DNA of 24,000 nucleotides from Bacillus sp. REN3 (GTDB lineage Bacteria; Bacillota; Bacilli; Bacillales; Cytobacillaceae): NCBI RefSeq assembly GCF_017912555.1, contig NZ_JAERSD010000033.1, positions 5,445 to 29,444 of the forward strand, read 5' to 3'. Shown piece by piece: positions 1 to 6,369 of this stretch (position 1 is its first letter; each line of letters starts with the position of its first letter). The notes under the pieces were generated by a model. It saw only the letters and a program-made list of their open reading frames with translations, ran no database searches and was not told where the DNA came from. The position numbers and the translations under genes were made by a program.

Positions 1-935
1 GCTTTCATGGCTTCCTTTGTTGAATATTGGGTTAAATCTCCAAGGCCGTCCCAACCGACTCCCATGATTTCTTTGACGTAGAATTCTTCCCACATTCTTG
101 AACCTTCACCGGGGGCATATATCCAATACCTTTTCTTATCTGGCACAGTTTTAGGATGAGGTTCTGATTGGCCGGTGATAGGAACATGATGATAATTTCC
201 GTCAATAATACTCTCGATCACCAATTCCTGTTCCGGTTTCACCCGAAAGTTGGTGGCTCCGGGATATGTTAAAATCTCCATTCTTTTTGTACGGTCATCC
301 TGAAGCAAGGTTGAGCGTTCCGCTACGGGATCGATAAATTTTCGCTCAAGTTCAATATCCACGGCAAGGTAGGGTTCGCGATTCAATTTCTCGCTTCGGT
401 TGTAGGGGTCTTCCTCATCCGGTTCAGCCATATATGGGTCATTAAGAATGGTTCCAGAGGCAACTATGCCAGCATTAGAGCCGGACAACCATATATACAC
501 TTTATCGCTTTTCTTTATTTGCTTCTTGTTCTGATTAACAGCCCAGGTGATTTCATCAAGATCCTGAACCGCTCCAATGACGTCATAATATTTGGGGTTG
601 CCTTGAAAAATCCAGCAGGAAGGCTGTTCGTACTCCTTTAAAAATTTTCCGTATTGAATAAGGCTGTTTGAAAATGCGCGGTTGCCAGCCGCCAGATCGA
701 CTTCATGAAAGTTGGGAGCAGAAGTGATTATTTCATAGATTTCTTCGAAAGTATTGGAAGATGTAATCTTGAATAAATCCTTTTCAGTGAGACCTTCTAA
801 ATCCAGTTTAGCAGCAGCATTTTTTAACGCGGTTGTGTATGCATTGATGGTTGCTTTCTTATAAGGTTCCCCGTTCGATTTCTTTTGTCGACCCATCCAG
901 TTCTGGAAATCTGTTCTTAAATATGTATCTGGCAT
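1..935 (-). CDS. EVE/PUA-like domain protein, partial (C-terminal part lies beyond the left edge); possibly the reader part of a McrB-type modification-dependent defence protein
   Basis: Not in the ORF track because it is open to the window edge. My minus-strand translation starts at the ATG on the complement of 933-935, after a GGAGGAA RBS (complement of about 941-950). It reads MPDTYLRTDFQNWMGRQKKSNGEPYKK...CWIFQGNPKYYDVIGAV...DKVYIWLSGSNAGIVASGTIL...RYWIYAPGEGSRMWEEFYVKEIMGVGWDGLGDL and is open for all ~311 codons. The WIFQGNPxxYD / D-x-V-x-x-W blocks are what I associate with EVE/PUA-like domains. Confidence 0.6.
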   Translation of the reverse strand, partial: MPDTYLRTDFQNWMGRQKKSNGEPYKKATINAYTTALKNAAAKLDLEGLTEKDLFKITSSNTFEEIYEIITSAPNFHEVDLAAGNRAFSNSLIQYGKFLKEYEQPSCWIFQGNPKYYDVIGAVQDLDEITWAVNQNKKQIKKSDKVYIWLSGSNAGIVASGTILNDPYMAEPDEEDPYNRSEKLNREPYLAVDIELERKFIDPVAERSTLLQDDRTKRMEILTYPGATNFRVKPEQELVIESIIDGNYHHVPITGQSEPHPKTVPDKKRYWIYAPGEGSRMWEEFYVKEIMGVGWDGLGDLTQYSTKEAMK

Positions 936-1025
936 CCGGATATTCCTCCATTTCCAATATATTAAACTAGTGAATATCTATATCATAGCAAAGTGGGGTG
1001 GAGGGTGAAAATTTGAAGTGGAGGT

Positions 1026-1108
1026 GAGCATGGGGACGGTTCTCCTGACAACCTTGGTGTTGCGGTTGTTAAAGTGAGCTGTTGGTTGTCACAAGAACCG
1101 TCACTATG
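1026..1108 (+). repeat. ~80-bp palindromic intergenic repeat, copy A
   Basis: gagcATGGGGACGGTTCTCctgacaacc...ggttgtcacaAGAACCGTCACtatg. Terminal inverted arms plus an inner caacc/ggttg pairing; same family as 7 other copies. Confidence 0.85.
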
Positions 1109-1236
1109 ATAACCCCTTAATTTTCATTTTTTAAGACTTTTATCCTATTAAAAATAAAGATGTTTATTTGGATATTTGTGGAATTATATAACGGTTGTGT
1201 CTAAATGTGCAGGAGTGGTTATCAATAGGCTTAAGA

Positions 1237-1356
1237 GTGCTTCTTTTGACGATTTTCAGTCTGCTGTTAGTGAGAAGCCATCCAGCCGGTATATTTTTTA
1301 CAGTGTTAGTGTTTTTGGGAAGATGGGATAAATGTGAAGAAAAAGCAAAGAAATAA
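1237..1356 (+). CDS. possible 39-aa hydrophobic peptide (below ORF-track size cutoff)
   Basis: GTG-started frame (M)LLLTIFSLLLVRSHPAGIFFTVLVFLGRWDKCEEKAKK. The paralogous copy at 10613-10726 is intact with an ATG start, and the differences include synonymous codons (tta/ttg, aga/agg). The only AGGAG is 21 nt upstream, so there is no well-spaced RBS. Confidence 0.3.
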   Translation: MLLLTIFSLLLVRSHPAGIFFTVLVFLGRWDKCEEKAKK

Positions 1357-1597
1357 CCAAACAGATTTTAAACTTGCTAAGTATTATTATGTGATTTTTC
1401 GTTTTTTCGGGAGTGCAGTTTCTGGTTACCTAGTAGTTGAATCGGCACTGCAAATATTTGTAAGCTTAGAGAAGGAGCGGATTTTTGGGGTAGTAATCTT
1501 CGCACCTTTATCCATATTGTTCGTCTATTTGGCTTTCAAAATGGCAATTCAGGGATATCAAGCTTCAAAGGCAAAAAGCGTTCAGGAATTACCATAA
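1334..1597 (+). CDS. small membrane protein (87 aa, two hydrophobic segments), function unknown
   Basis: ORF-track ORF with a GTG start. It has a basic N-terminus and two hydrophobic stretches (YYYVIFRFFGSAVSGYLVV; IFGVVIFAPLSILFVYLAF). The paralogue at 10710-10973 is decayed. Confidence 0.5.
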   Translation: MKKKQRNNQTDFKLAKYYYVIFRFFGSAVSGYLVVESALQIFVSLEKERIFGVVIFAPLSILFVYLAFKMAIQGYQASKAKSVQELP

Positions 1598-1604
1598 AGG
1601 TAAG

Positions 1605-1684
1605 CAGAGGGACGGTTCTCCAGGAAACCTTGCTATTCCTTTTGGCTGAAGGAAACTGTTGGTTGTCACGAGAACCGTCCCCAT
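1605..1684 (+). repeat. ~80-bp palindromic intergenic repeat, copy B (leader of SseB-like gene)
   Basis: cagaGGGACGGTTCTCcaggaaacc...ggttgtcacGAGAACCGTCCCCat. It ends 33 nt before the ATG at 1717. Confidence 0.85.
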
Positions 1685-1716
1685 AAAAACCTCAAACCTA
1701 GGAGTGGTTATGATTT

Positions 1717-2451
1717 ATGAGTGTTTCTTTTGATGAGCTTTTGGCTGCGGCTATTGAGGGGCCTTCTGGTCGTTTTTGTTTTTATAAGGCGTTGGTGGAG
1801 CTTGAACTGTTCGTCATTGGTTCGGTGGAGGATGATGAGACTTTGAATTTGAAGTACATCGAGGAGGGTGGGGAGCTTATGCTGCCTGTTTTTACGAGCC
1901 GGGAGAAGTTCGAGGAGATTTTCAAGTCTGAGTATCCATATGTAAGGATTCAGGCGGAGCTCCTGTTGGAGATGGCGGGGACGGACATTCCATGGCTGGT
2001 GAATCCTTTTACCGGGATGAGCAAGAAAATCATCCGGGAAGAGCTTGAAACCTTGAAGGATGGCCGGATCCTGCATTATTTTTTCGAACAGCTTAGCGAC
2101 GAGGAGAAAGAACAGATCCTGACTGAGCAAATGGAAGAACTTCCTGAGGAGGTAATGGATGTGCTGCGAACATGTCTTAAGAAGTTCCCTTCTGTTAAAA
2201 AAGCCTACCTGGTAAACTTGTTTGATCCTTCTGCTGCTGGTCCGGCTTTCCCGCTTCTGGCAGTGGAGGTGGAAGCTGTGGAAGAAGGGTTGGTCAGAGA
2301 ACTTTTTGGCGCTATCAATCATCAGGCAGAGCCGCAAATCGAAGTCATGATTCTCGACGAGGGGTTCCCGCTGGCCGCCTCCATTGTCGAGCACACCAGG
2401 CCATTTTATTTTCGTGAGTCGGTTGATGAGTTAAGGACATTGTTTGATTAG
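1717..2451 (+). CDS. SseB-family protein (244 aa), toxin-associated, copy 1
   Basis: FDELLAAAIEGPSGRF.FY.ALVELELFVIG, LPVFTSREKFEEIF and IVEHTRPFYFRE line up with my recollection of E. coli SseB (LEDLLEKAATEPAHRPAFFRTLLESTVWVPG, IPFFTSLEALQ, ITEHIAPFYERR). The TAG stop lies inside the RBS of the next gene. Confidence 0.85.
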   Translation: MSVSFDELLAAAIEGPSGRFCFYKALVELELFVIGSVEDDETLNLKYIEEGGELMLPVFTSREKFEEIFKSEYPYVRIQAELLLEMAGTDIPWLVNPFTGMSKKIIREELETLKDGRILHYFFEQLSDEEKEQILTEQMEELPEEVMDVLRTCLKKFPSVKKAYLVNLFDPSAAGPAFPLLAVEVEAVEEGLVRELFGAINHQAEPQIEVMILDEGFPLAASIVEHTRPFYFRESVDELRTLFD

Positions 2452-2462
2452 GAGGTCGACGG

Positions 2463-3671
2463 GTGTCAAAGATTGAGATTAAAATAAATCAGGTCAAGGC
2501 GGCGAACAGGGATTTAGTCAATCTGTCCTCACGGGTGGAGAATGAGGAAAACCGGATTTCTTCCCTCAGGAGCCAGGTTGATGGCCGGATCGCCAGCCGC
2601 CGGAACATCGGAAGGAACTTGAGTGAAGCAGCCGCAAAGGCGAGGGCAATTGATAAAAAGCTGGGTAAACTGAATCAATTCGTTGATGCATCGATGGATT
2701 TATATGTGAAGGCGGATAAGAAGGCGGATCGATTCAGAGAACCGGATAAGAAATCGATCTGGGAAAAGATCGCAGACGGTTTTAAGACAGCGAATGATAT
2801 AAGGAAAGGATTCCGCAAGGGAGTTGCAGAGGCTCTTTTTTCAACAGTTGAAGGTATTTGGAATGCCGTCACCCATCCGATAAAGACGGCCAACGGAATG
2901 ATCTATGCCATCGGCCATCCCGTGGAAACCGCCAAAAGCATCTGGAAGTCCATCTCCGACTCCTGGAAGAACGATGTCATAAACGGCGATGCCAAAAGCC
3001 GTTCTGAATGGTTCGGCCGCGCCGTCGGTGAAGCCGCCCTGGCGATTGTCGGAACAAAAGGCGTCGACAAGGCCGTGAAGGTGGCCAAAGGGGCAAGGGT
3101 TGTGAAGGAGGATGGAGGAGCTAGGGTTGTTAGGCCGGAGACTATTGAGAAGAAGGATGGCGTGGGCAGGGATGGAAAATCTGTGACCCCTGAGACGAGA
3201 AATAGCGGAGTAGGTGTTGGAACAAAGAAGGTTCCGCAGAGGATAGACAGTAAAGAGGTAAAGGGGGACAATGGTAGTAAGGGTATAGTTAAAACTAGAC
3301 CTTCTTGGAGACAGTCTGAAATTGATGTAGAGAAGGATTTCCCTGATTATAACGCTCAAAAGTCATTTAAAGATGGTAAAGAAGTACCTTATGGAGAAAA
3401 AGGTAGTTCTAGACCAGATTTGTATCGGACTGGGCATAGTATTGAGGTGAAAAATTATATAATTACTACTCCAAGCGGACGGAGTAGATTGGTTAATAAT
3501 GTGTCAAAACAGGTAGAAAAAAGATTAAGTGATTTGCCTAATGGTACAAAACAGTCTGTTATAATTGATATTAGAGGACAAAGTGTATCAGATGAGATAG
3601 TAGAAGAATTGTATGAAAAGATTGTGAATAAAACAAATGGTAAAGTAGATATAAGGTTTAAAACAAATTGA
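2463..3671 (+). CDS. polymorphic toxin: short helical N-terminus + PT-TG-type pre-toxin domain + PD-(D/E)xK (restriction-endonuclease-fold) C-terminal toxin
   Basis: GTG start 7 nt after GGAGG. The first 270 codons are paralogous to 11845.. and 17976... GEAALAIVGTKGVDKAVKVAKG resembles the pre-toxin TG region ahead of the B. subtilis YeeF toxin domain (from memory). After G-D-N (3264-3272) the sequence turns AT-rich and unique: SEIDVEKDF...RPDLYRTGHSIEVKNY gives an E / PD / ExK signature. Confidence 0.85.
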   Translation: MSKIEIKINQVKAANRDLVNLSSRVENEENRISSLRSQVDGRIASRRNIGRNLSEAAAKARAIDKKLGKLNQFVDASMDLYVKADKKADRFREPDKKSIWEKIADGFKTANDIRKGFRKGVAEALFSTVEGIWNAVTHPIKTANGMIYAIGHPVETAKSIWKSISDSWKNDVINGDAKSRSEWFGRAVGEAALAIVGTKGVDKAVKVAKGARVVKEDGGARVVRPETIEKKDGVGRDGKSVTPETRNSGVGVGTKKVPQRIDSKEVKGDNGSKGIVKTRPSWRQSEIDVEKDFPDYNAQKSFKDGKEVPYGEKGSSRPDLYRTGHSIEVKNYIITTPSGRSRLVNNVSKQVEKRLSDLPNGTKQSVIIDIRGQSVSDEIVEELYEKIVNKTNGKVDIRFKTN

Positions 3672-3685
3672 TTGAGGTGAGAAGA

Positions 3686-4102
3686 ATGGCTGTGGGCTTT
3701 AAGGTGAAATATTATTGGTATCAAGTCGGGCACGGCGATTTCTTACACTCTTTTTTCTCTACAATAAGCTATCATTTAGAACAAAATGGATGGGGCACTG
3801 AATATCCTTTTTTGTTAAATGAACTGTATAATGGGAAACTTGAGAATAAGAATATTGATAGCGCTATATGCGAATTAGAAGCAATTAAAAAGGAATTACA
3901 GAAATTTAGTCCATCACAAGTAGTATGGGATATTGAAGACTTATCTAAGAGACCGCCTTGGGGAGATAATATTAGTAAAGATATTACAAACTTATCTAAT
4001 TATTTTATAACAAGTGAGGGCGAGGACTTAATAGATATATTAATGAAAGCATTAGAAAAGGGACAAAAAACTAATTCGGATGTTTTTATAGAAAGTATAT
4101 AA
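3686..4102 (+). CDS. cognate immunity protein candidate for the nuclease toxin
   Basis: Lies immediately downstream of and overlaps the toxin stop region. I prefer the start at MAVGFKV (RBS gaggtgag) because the paralogue at 13600 starts MAVGLLV. Shared blocks: GH.DF.HSFFSTISYHLE..GWGT.YP and P.QV.WDI.DLS..PPWGD.IS. Confidence 0.7.
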   Translation: MAVGFKVKYYWYQVGHGDFLHSFFSTISYHLEQNGWGTEYPFLLNELYNGKLENKNIDSAICELEAIKKELQKFSPSQVVWDIEDLSKRPPWGDNISKDITNLSNYFITSEGEDLIDILMKALEKGQKTNSDVFIESI

Positions 4103-4120
4103 ATAATTTTCTTCCAATGA

Positions 4121-4152
4121 TGATCTTGAAATTATATCAAGGTCATTTTTTA
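4121..4152 (+). terminator. rho-independent terminator
   Basis: tgatcttga-attata-tcaaggtca followed by tttttt. Confidence 0.6.
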
Positions 4153-4179
4153 TTGGTTAAGGAGGAAACGGAAACCTAA

Positions 4180-4371
4180 ATATGGAAGAAGCTCGAAAAT
4201 ACATGGTCTAATGCGCTTAAAGAAGGCGATGAAGTGAAAGTCAAAATTACCCCCAACTATTCGGGGGATTCTAAACGTCCAGTAAGCTTTAATATTAAGT
4301 ATAAAATTGGTGATGATGACTGGGAAATTAGGAGATTTGATAATGTGCGAGGAGGAAAGAAAAATGAATGA
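4180..4371 (+). pseudogene. 3' remnant of a YeeF-CT/colicin-DNase-like toxin domain (about the last 60 codons only)
   Basis: The frame reads IWKKLENTWSNALKEGDEVKVKITPNYSGDSKRPVSFNIKYKIGDDDWEIRRFDNVRGGKKNE*. This resembles my recollection of the YeeF C-terminus (W.EMEQEWAEALK...V.VKI.P.YSGDS.RP..F...Y.IG). A stop codon lies directly upstream and there is no start or N-terminal part. Its stop overlaps the ATG of the next gene (ATGAATGA). Confidence 0.6.
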
Positions 4372-4834
4372 AGAACAGTTAGACAGATATTATCAGAGTA
4401 TAGCAGAGGCGTTAATAGATACTATACCTGAAGAATGGTCCAAGGTTTTCCTATATGGTGAAATTGTTGAAGGTTCTCAGACTGCTTACTTTTATTATAA
4501 TTCAGAAAGCAGTGACCAACTAGTATACAGCCATGATATTCCAGAATTATTTACATTCAGGGAAGCCGATTACACTGAAAAGTGGAATACGTTAGTAAAT
4601 TACATTCAAGACTTATGGAATGAATTCAAGGATAACGAACAAGAGCCTTGGACGAATTTCACATTGATATTGGACAATGAAGGCAGGTTTAAAATCGATT
4701 ATAATTATGATGATTTATCAAATATAGACTTACATGAAAGAAAAACAATTTGGAAATATAGATATCTCGGTCTTATGCCTAAAAGTAAATCGGGAAGAAA
4801 ATATTTAGAAAGGTACTTAGAATCGCTTAAATAA
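4364..4834 (+). CDS. YezG-family (DUF600-type) immunity protein, orphan
   Basis: MNEEQLDRYYQSIAEALIDTIPEEWSKVFLYGEI...EPWTNFTLILDNEGRFKIDYNYDD...WKYRYLG matches the YezG pattern I remember (..IP.EWEKV...E.W....F....G...V.F.Y...). A GAGGAGGAAAG RBS precedes the ATG at 4364. The track start at 4307 is probably too far upstream. Confidence 0.75.
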   Translation: MNEEQLDRYYQSIAEALIDTIPEEWSKVFLYGEIVEGSQTAYFYYNSESSDQLVYSHDIPELFTFREADYTEKWNTLVNYIQDLWNEFKDNEQEPWTNFTLILDNEGRFKIDYNYDDLSNIDLHERKTIWKYRYLGLMPKSKSGRKYLERYLESLK

Positions 4835-4875
4835 AATACGAATAGAACAAATACAAGATTATCTATATTAGTATT

Positions 4876-4900
4876 AACCTTGAGTCTTTCAAGGTTTTAT
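4876..4900 (+). terminator. rho-independent terminator
   Basis: aaccttga-gtct-ttcaaggtt followed by ttat. Confidence 0.55.
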
Positions 4901-4950
4901 TGTGTGAGTTCGATTATTCTAAGGTACAATTAATATTTTTCTCTTCAACA

Positions 4951-4992
4951 ACCTTGAAAGGCATTGAATAGTCTTTCAGGGTTTTATTTTTC
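4951..4992 (+). terminator. second terminator-like hairpin
   Basis: accttgaaag-(12 nt)-ctttcagggt followed by tttattttt. Confidence 0.45.
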
Positions 4993-5080
4993 TGAACAGT
5001 TAGAAGGGGATTATGTAATTTTGTTAAATCTAACCTTAAATACTTTACTTCAGTGGGTGAAATTAATTGTGAGCATGGGT

Positions 5081-5163
5081 GTGAGCATGGGGACGGTTCT
5101 CATGGCAACCCAGCTTTTATCGTGGTGGCAGGAATTTTAGGTGTGCACAAGAACCGTCCCTCT
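5081..5163 (+). repeat. ~80-bp palindromic intergenic repeat, copy C
   Basis: gtgagcATGGGGACGGTTCTCatggcaacc...gtgtgcacaAGAACCGTCCCtctg. The extra gtgagcatggg at 5069-5079 is a partial duplication of the left end. Confidence 0.8.
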
Positions 5164-5289
5164 GCTGAAATCATCGACAATGTATTTACTGATTTTGGTA
5201 TAATTACTGTTGGAGATTACTTTAGGGAGTATTTATAGAAGAGCCAATTTGAGAGATAGATGTGTCTTGAAAGAAAGGGACAGCACCTC

Positions 5290-6339
5290 ATGAAAATCAA
5301 TCCAAAGGAAGGTGACCCACCATTGAACCATAACCAGGAAAACACCAGCAATCCCAAACCCTCCTCCAAAGAACGCCTAATCAAATTACAAGAACTTCTA
5401 AGAAAACACACGGATGAAGATAACCAGTTTAAACTGGATGAAATTCTTGATCTTTTTTACGAGGAATATAAAATCCATGCTGGTAAGAAAGCGATCCGGG
5501 ATGATTTGAAGGCGCTGGAGGAGTCGGAGATTTTTGATGTGACGGTCAACCAGGAGAAGGATGGGGTGGAGAAGTATTATAGCCACCAGCAGCGGATGTT
5601 TGAGATTCATGAACTTCGCTTGCTGATTGATGCGGTTTCGTCTGCCAAGTTTATTTCGACGAAGGAAACGGAGGACTTGGTGGACAAGATCAAGCAGCTG
5701 ACGAGTATCCATCAGGCGAAGCAGCTGGGGAACCGGATGATCCTATCTGAAAGTTCGAAGAATGAAAATACGAAAATCAAGTATTCAATCCATACGTTGC
5801 ACACGGCGATCCTCTCCAGCCAGTATATCCAGTTCAAATATGGCCGGTATAACTTGCAGAAGGAGTTCAAGTTGAGCCATAATGGGGATTTCTATCAGCT
5901 GAAGCCGTATGCCTTGGTATGGCATAATAACTTCTATTATTTGATTGGTGAATACCTGCCGACGGAGGAAATCCGCCATTATCGGGTTGACCGGATGAGG
6001 GATGTTGCGGCTCTTGACGAAACTTTTGTCCGTGATCCAGGGTTTGATGTCTCGAAGTATACAGAGAAGCTGTTTCACATGTATTCGGGGGAAGAGGCGC
6101 TGGTTGAAATTGAATTCAACGCGGATTTAATCAATGTCGTGATTGACCGGTTTGGACGGGGAGTGAACATCCGGCCAATTGGGGAAGAGAAGTTTCGGAT
6201 TTCCACGCAGGCCATCCTCAGTGACGGGCTGGTCAGATGGCTGATGACCTGGGGCAGTGATGCGAAAGTGCTGACCCCTCCATCATTAGTGGAAAGGATC
6301 AAAGAAGAAGCTGAGAAGTTTTATAGAGTTTACGAGTAA
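5290..6339 (+). CDS. WYL-domain transcriptional regulator (HTH-WYL-WCX architecture)
   Basis: N-terminal ERLIKLQELLRKHT (HTH-type opening). The central YQLKPYALVWHNNFYYLIGEY...IRHYRVDRM is the WYL-domain signature. The C-terminal LVRWLMTWGSDAKVLTPPSL is the typical WCX tail. I prefer the start at MKINPKEG (5290). Confidence 0.8.
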   Translation: MKINPKEGDPPLNHNQENTSNPKPSSKERLIKLQELLRKHTDEDNQFKLDEILDLFYEEYKIHAGKKAIRDDLKALEESEIFDVTVNQEKDGVEKYYSHQQRMFEIHELRLLIDAVSSAKFISTKETEDLVDKIKQLTSIHQAKQLGNRMILSESSKNENTKIKYSIHTLHTAILSSQYIQFKYGRYNLQKEFKLSHNGDFYQLKPYALVWHNNFYYLIGEYLPTEEIRHYRVDRMRDVAALDETFVRDPGFDVSKYTEKLFHMYSGEEALVEIEFNADLINVVIDRFGRGVNIRPIGEEKFRISTQAILSDGLVRWLMTWGSDAKVLTPPSLVERIKEEAEKFYRVYE

Positions 6340-6369
6340 CACCTGTGCTTATGCAGGTGTTATTTTTTT
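6338..6369 (+). terminator. rho-independent terminator
   Basis: aacacctg-tgcttatg-caggtgtt followed by attttttt, directly after the stop codon. Confidence 0.75.

Noticed and set aside
1030-1077. Mini-ORFs starting at the ATGGGGACGGTTCTC arm of the repeats (MGTVLLTTLVLRLLK and similar; 15-28 aa hydrophobic peptides, type I toxin-like).
   Set aside because: Copies B and F lack the ATG. Lengths and sequences after the arm are not conserved, and there is no consistent RBS. The ATG is more simply part of the inverted-repeat sequence.
1141-1200. Possible sigma-A promoter in the AT-rich spacer after repeat copies A and E (tatata/tataac -10-like hexamers).
   Set aside because: I could not find a convincing -35 element at 16-18 bp spacing. 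AT-rich sequence gives many false -10 matches.
1710-1733. 7-codon upstream ORF (ATG ATT TAT GAG TGT TTC TTT TGA) overlapping the SseB-like start with better RBS spacing.
   Set aside because: It is present in loci 1 and 2, but the ATG is ATA in locus 3 (ttatattttATG). It is therefore not conserved, and evidence for a leader peptide is insufficient.
1708-2394. Long antisense ORFs opposite the SseB-like and toxin genes. Examples: 1708-2394, 2841-3359, 2903-3271, 11399-11776, 12297-12726, 17641-17907, 18428-18790, 20980-21246.
   Set aside because: They mirror the GC-richer conserved coding regions on the plus strand and have no RBS. Their products are low-complexity (Ser/Pro/Leu-rich), and they recur only because the sense genes are paralogous. 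This is typical shadow-ORF behaviour.
2463-3671. Calling the three toxins canonical LXG (T7SS) toxins.
   Set aside because: The region ahead of the PT-TG-type domain is only ~90 residues. I cannot see the LxG motif or the ~200-aa LXG architecture. No WXG100, EssC or YukAB genes are in the window. The export route is left open.
5053-5238. 61-aa ORF reading through palindromic repeat copy C.
   Set aside because: The ORF consists mainly of the repeat element (GEINCEHGCEHGDGSHGN...). It has no RBS, and the frame is not conserved in other copies of the repeat.
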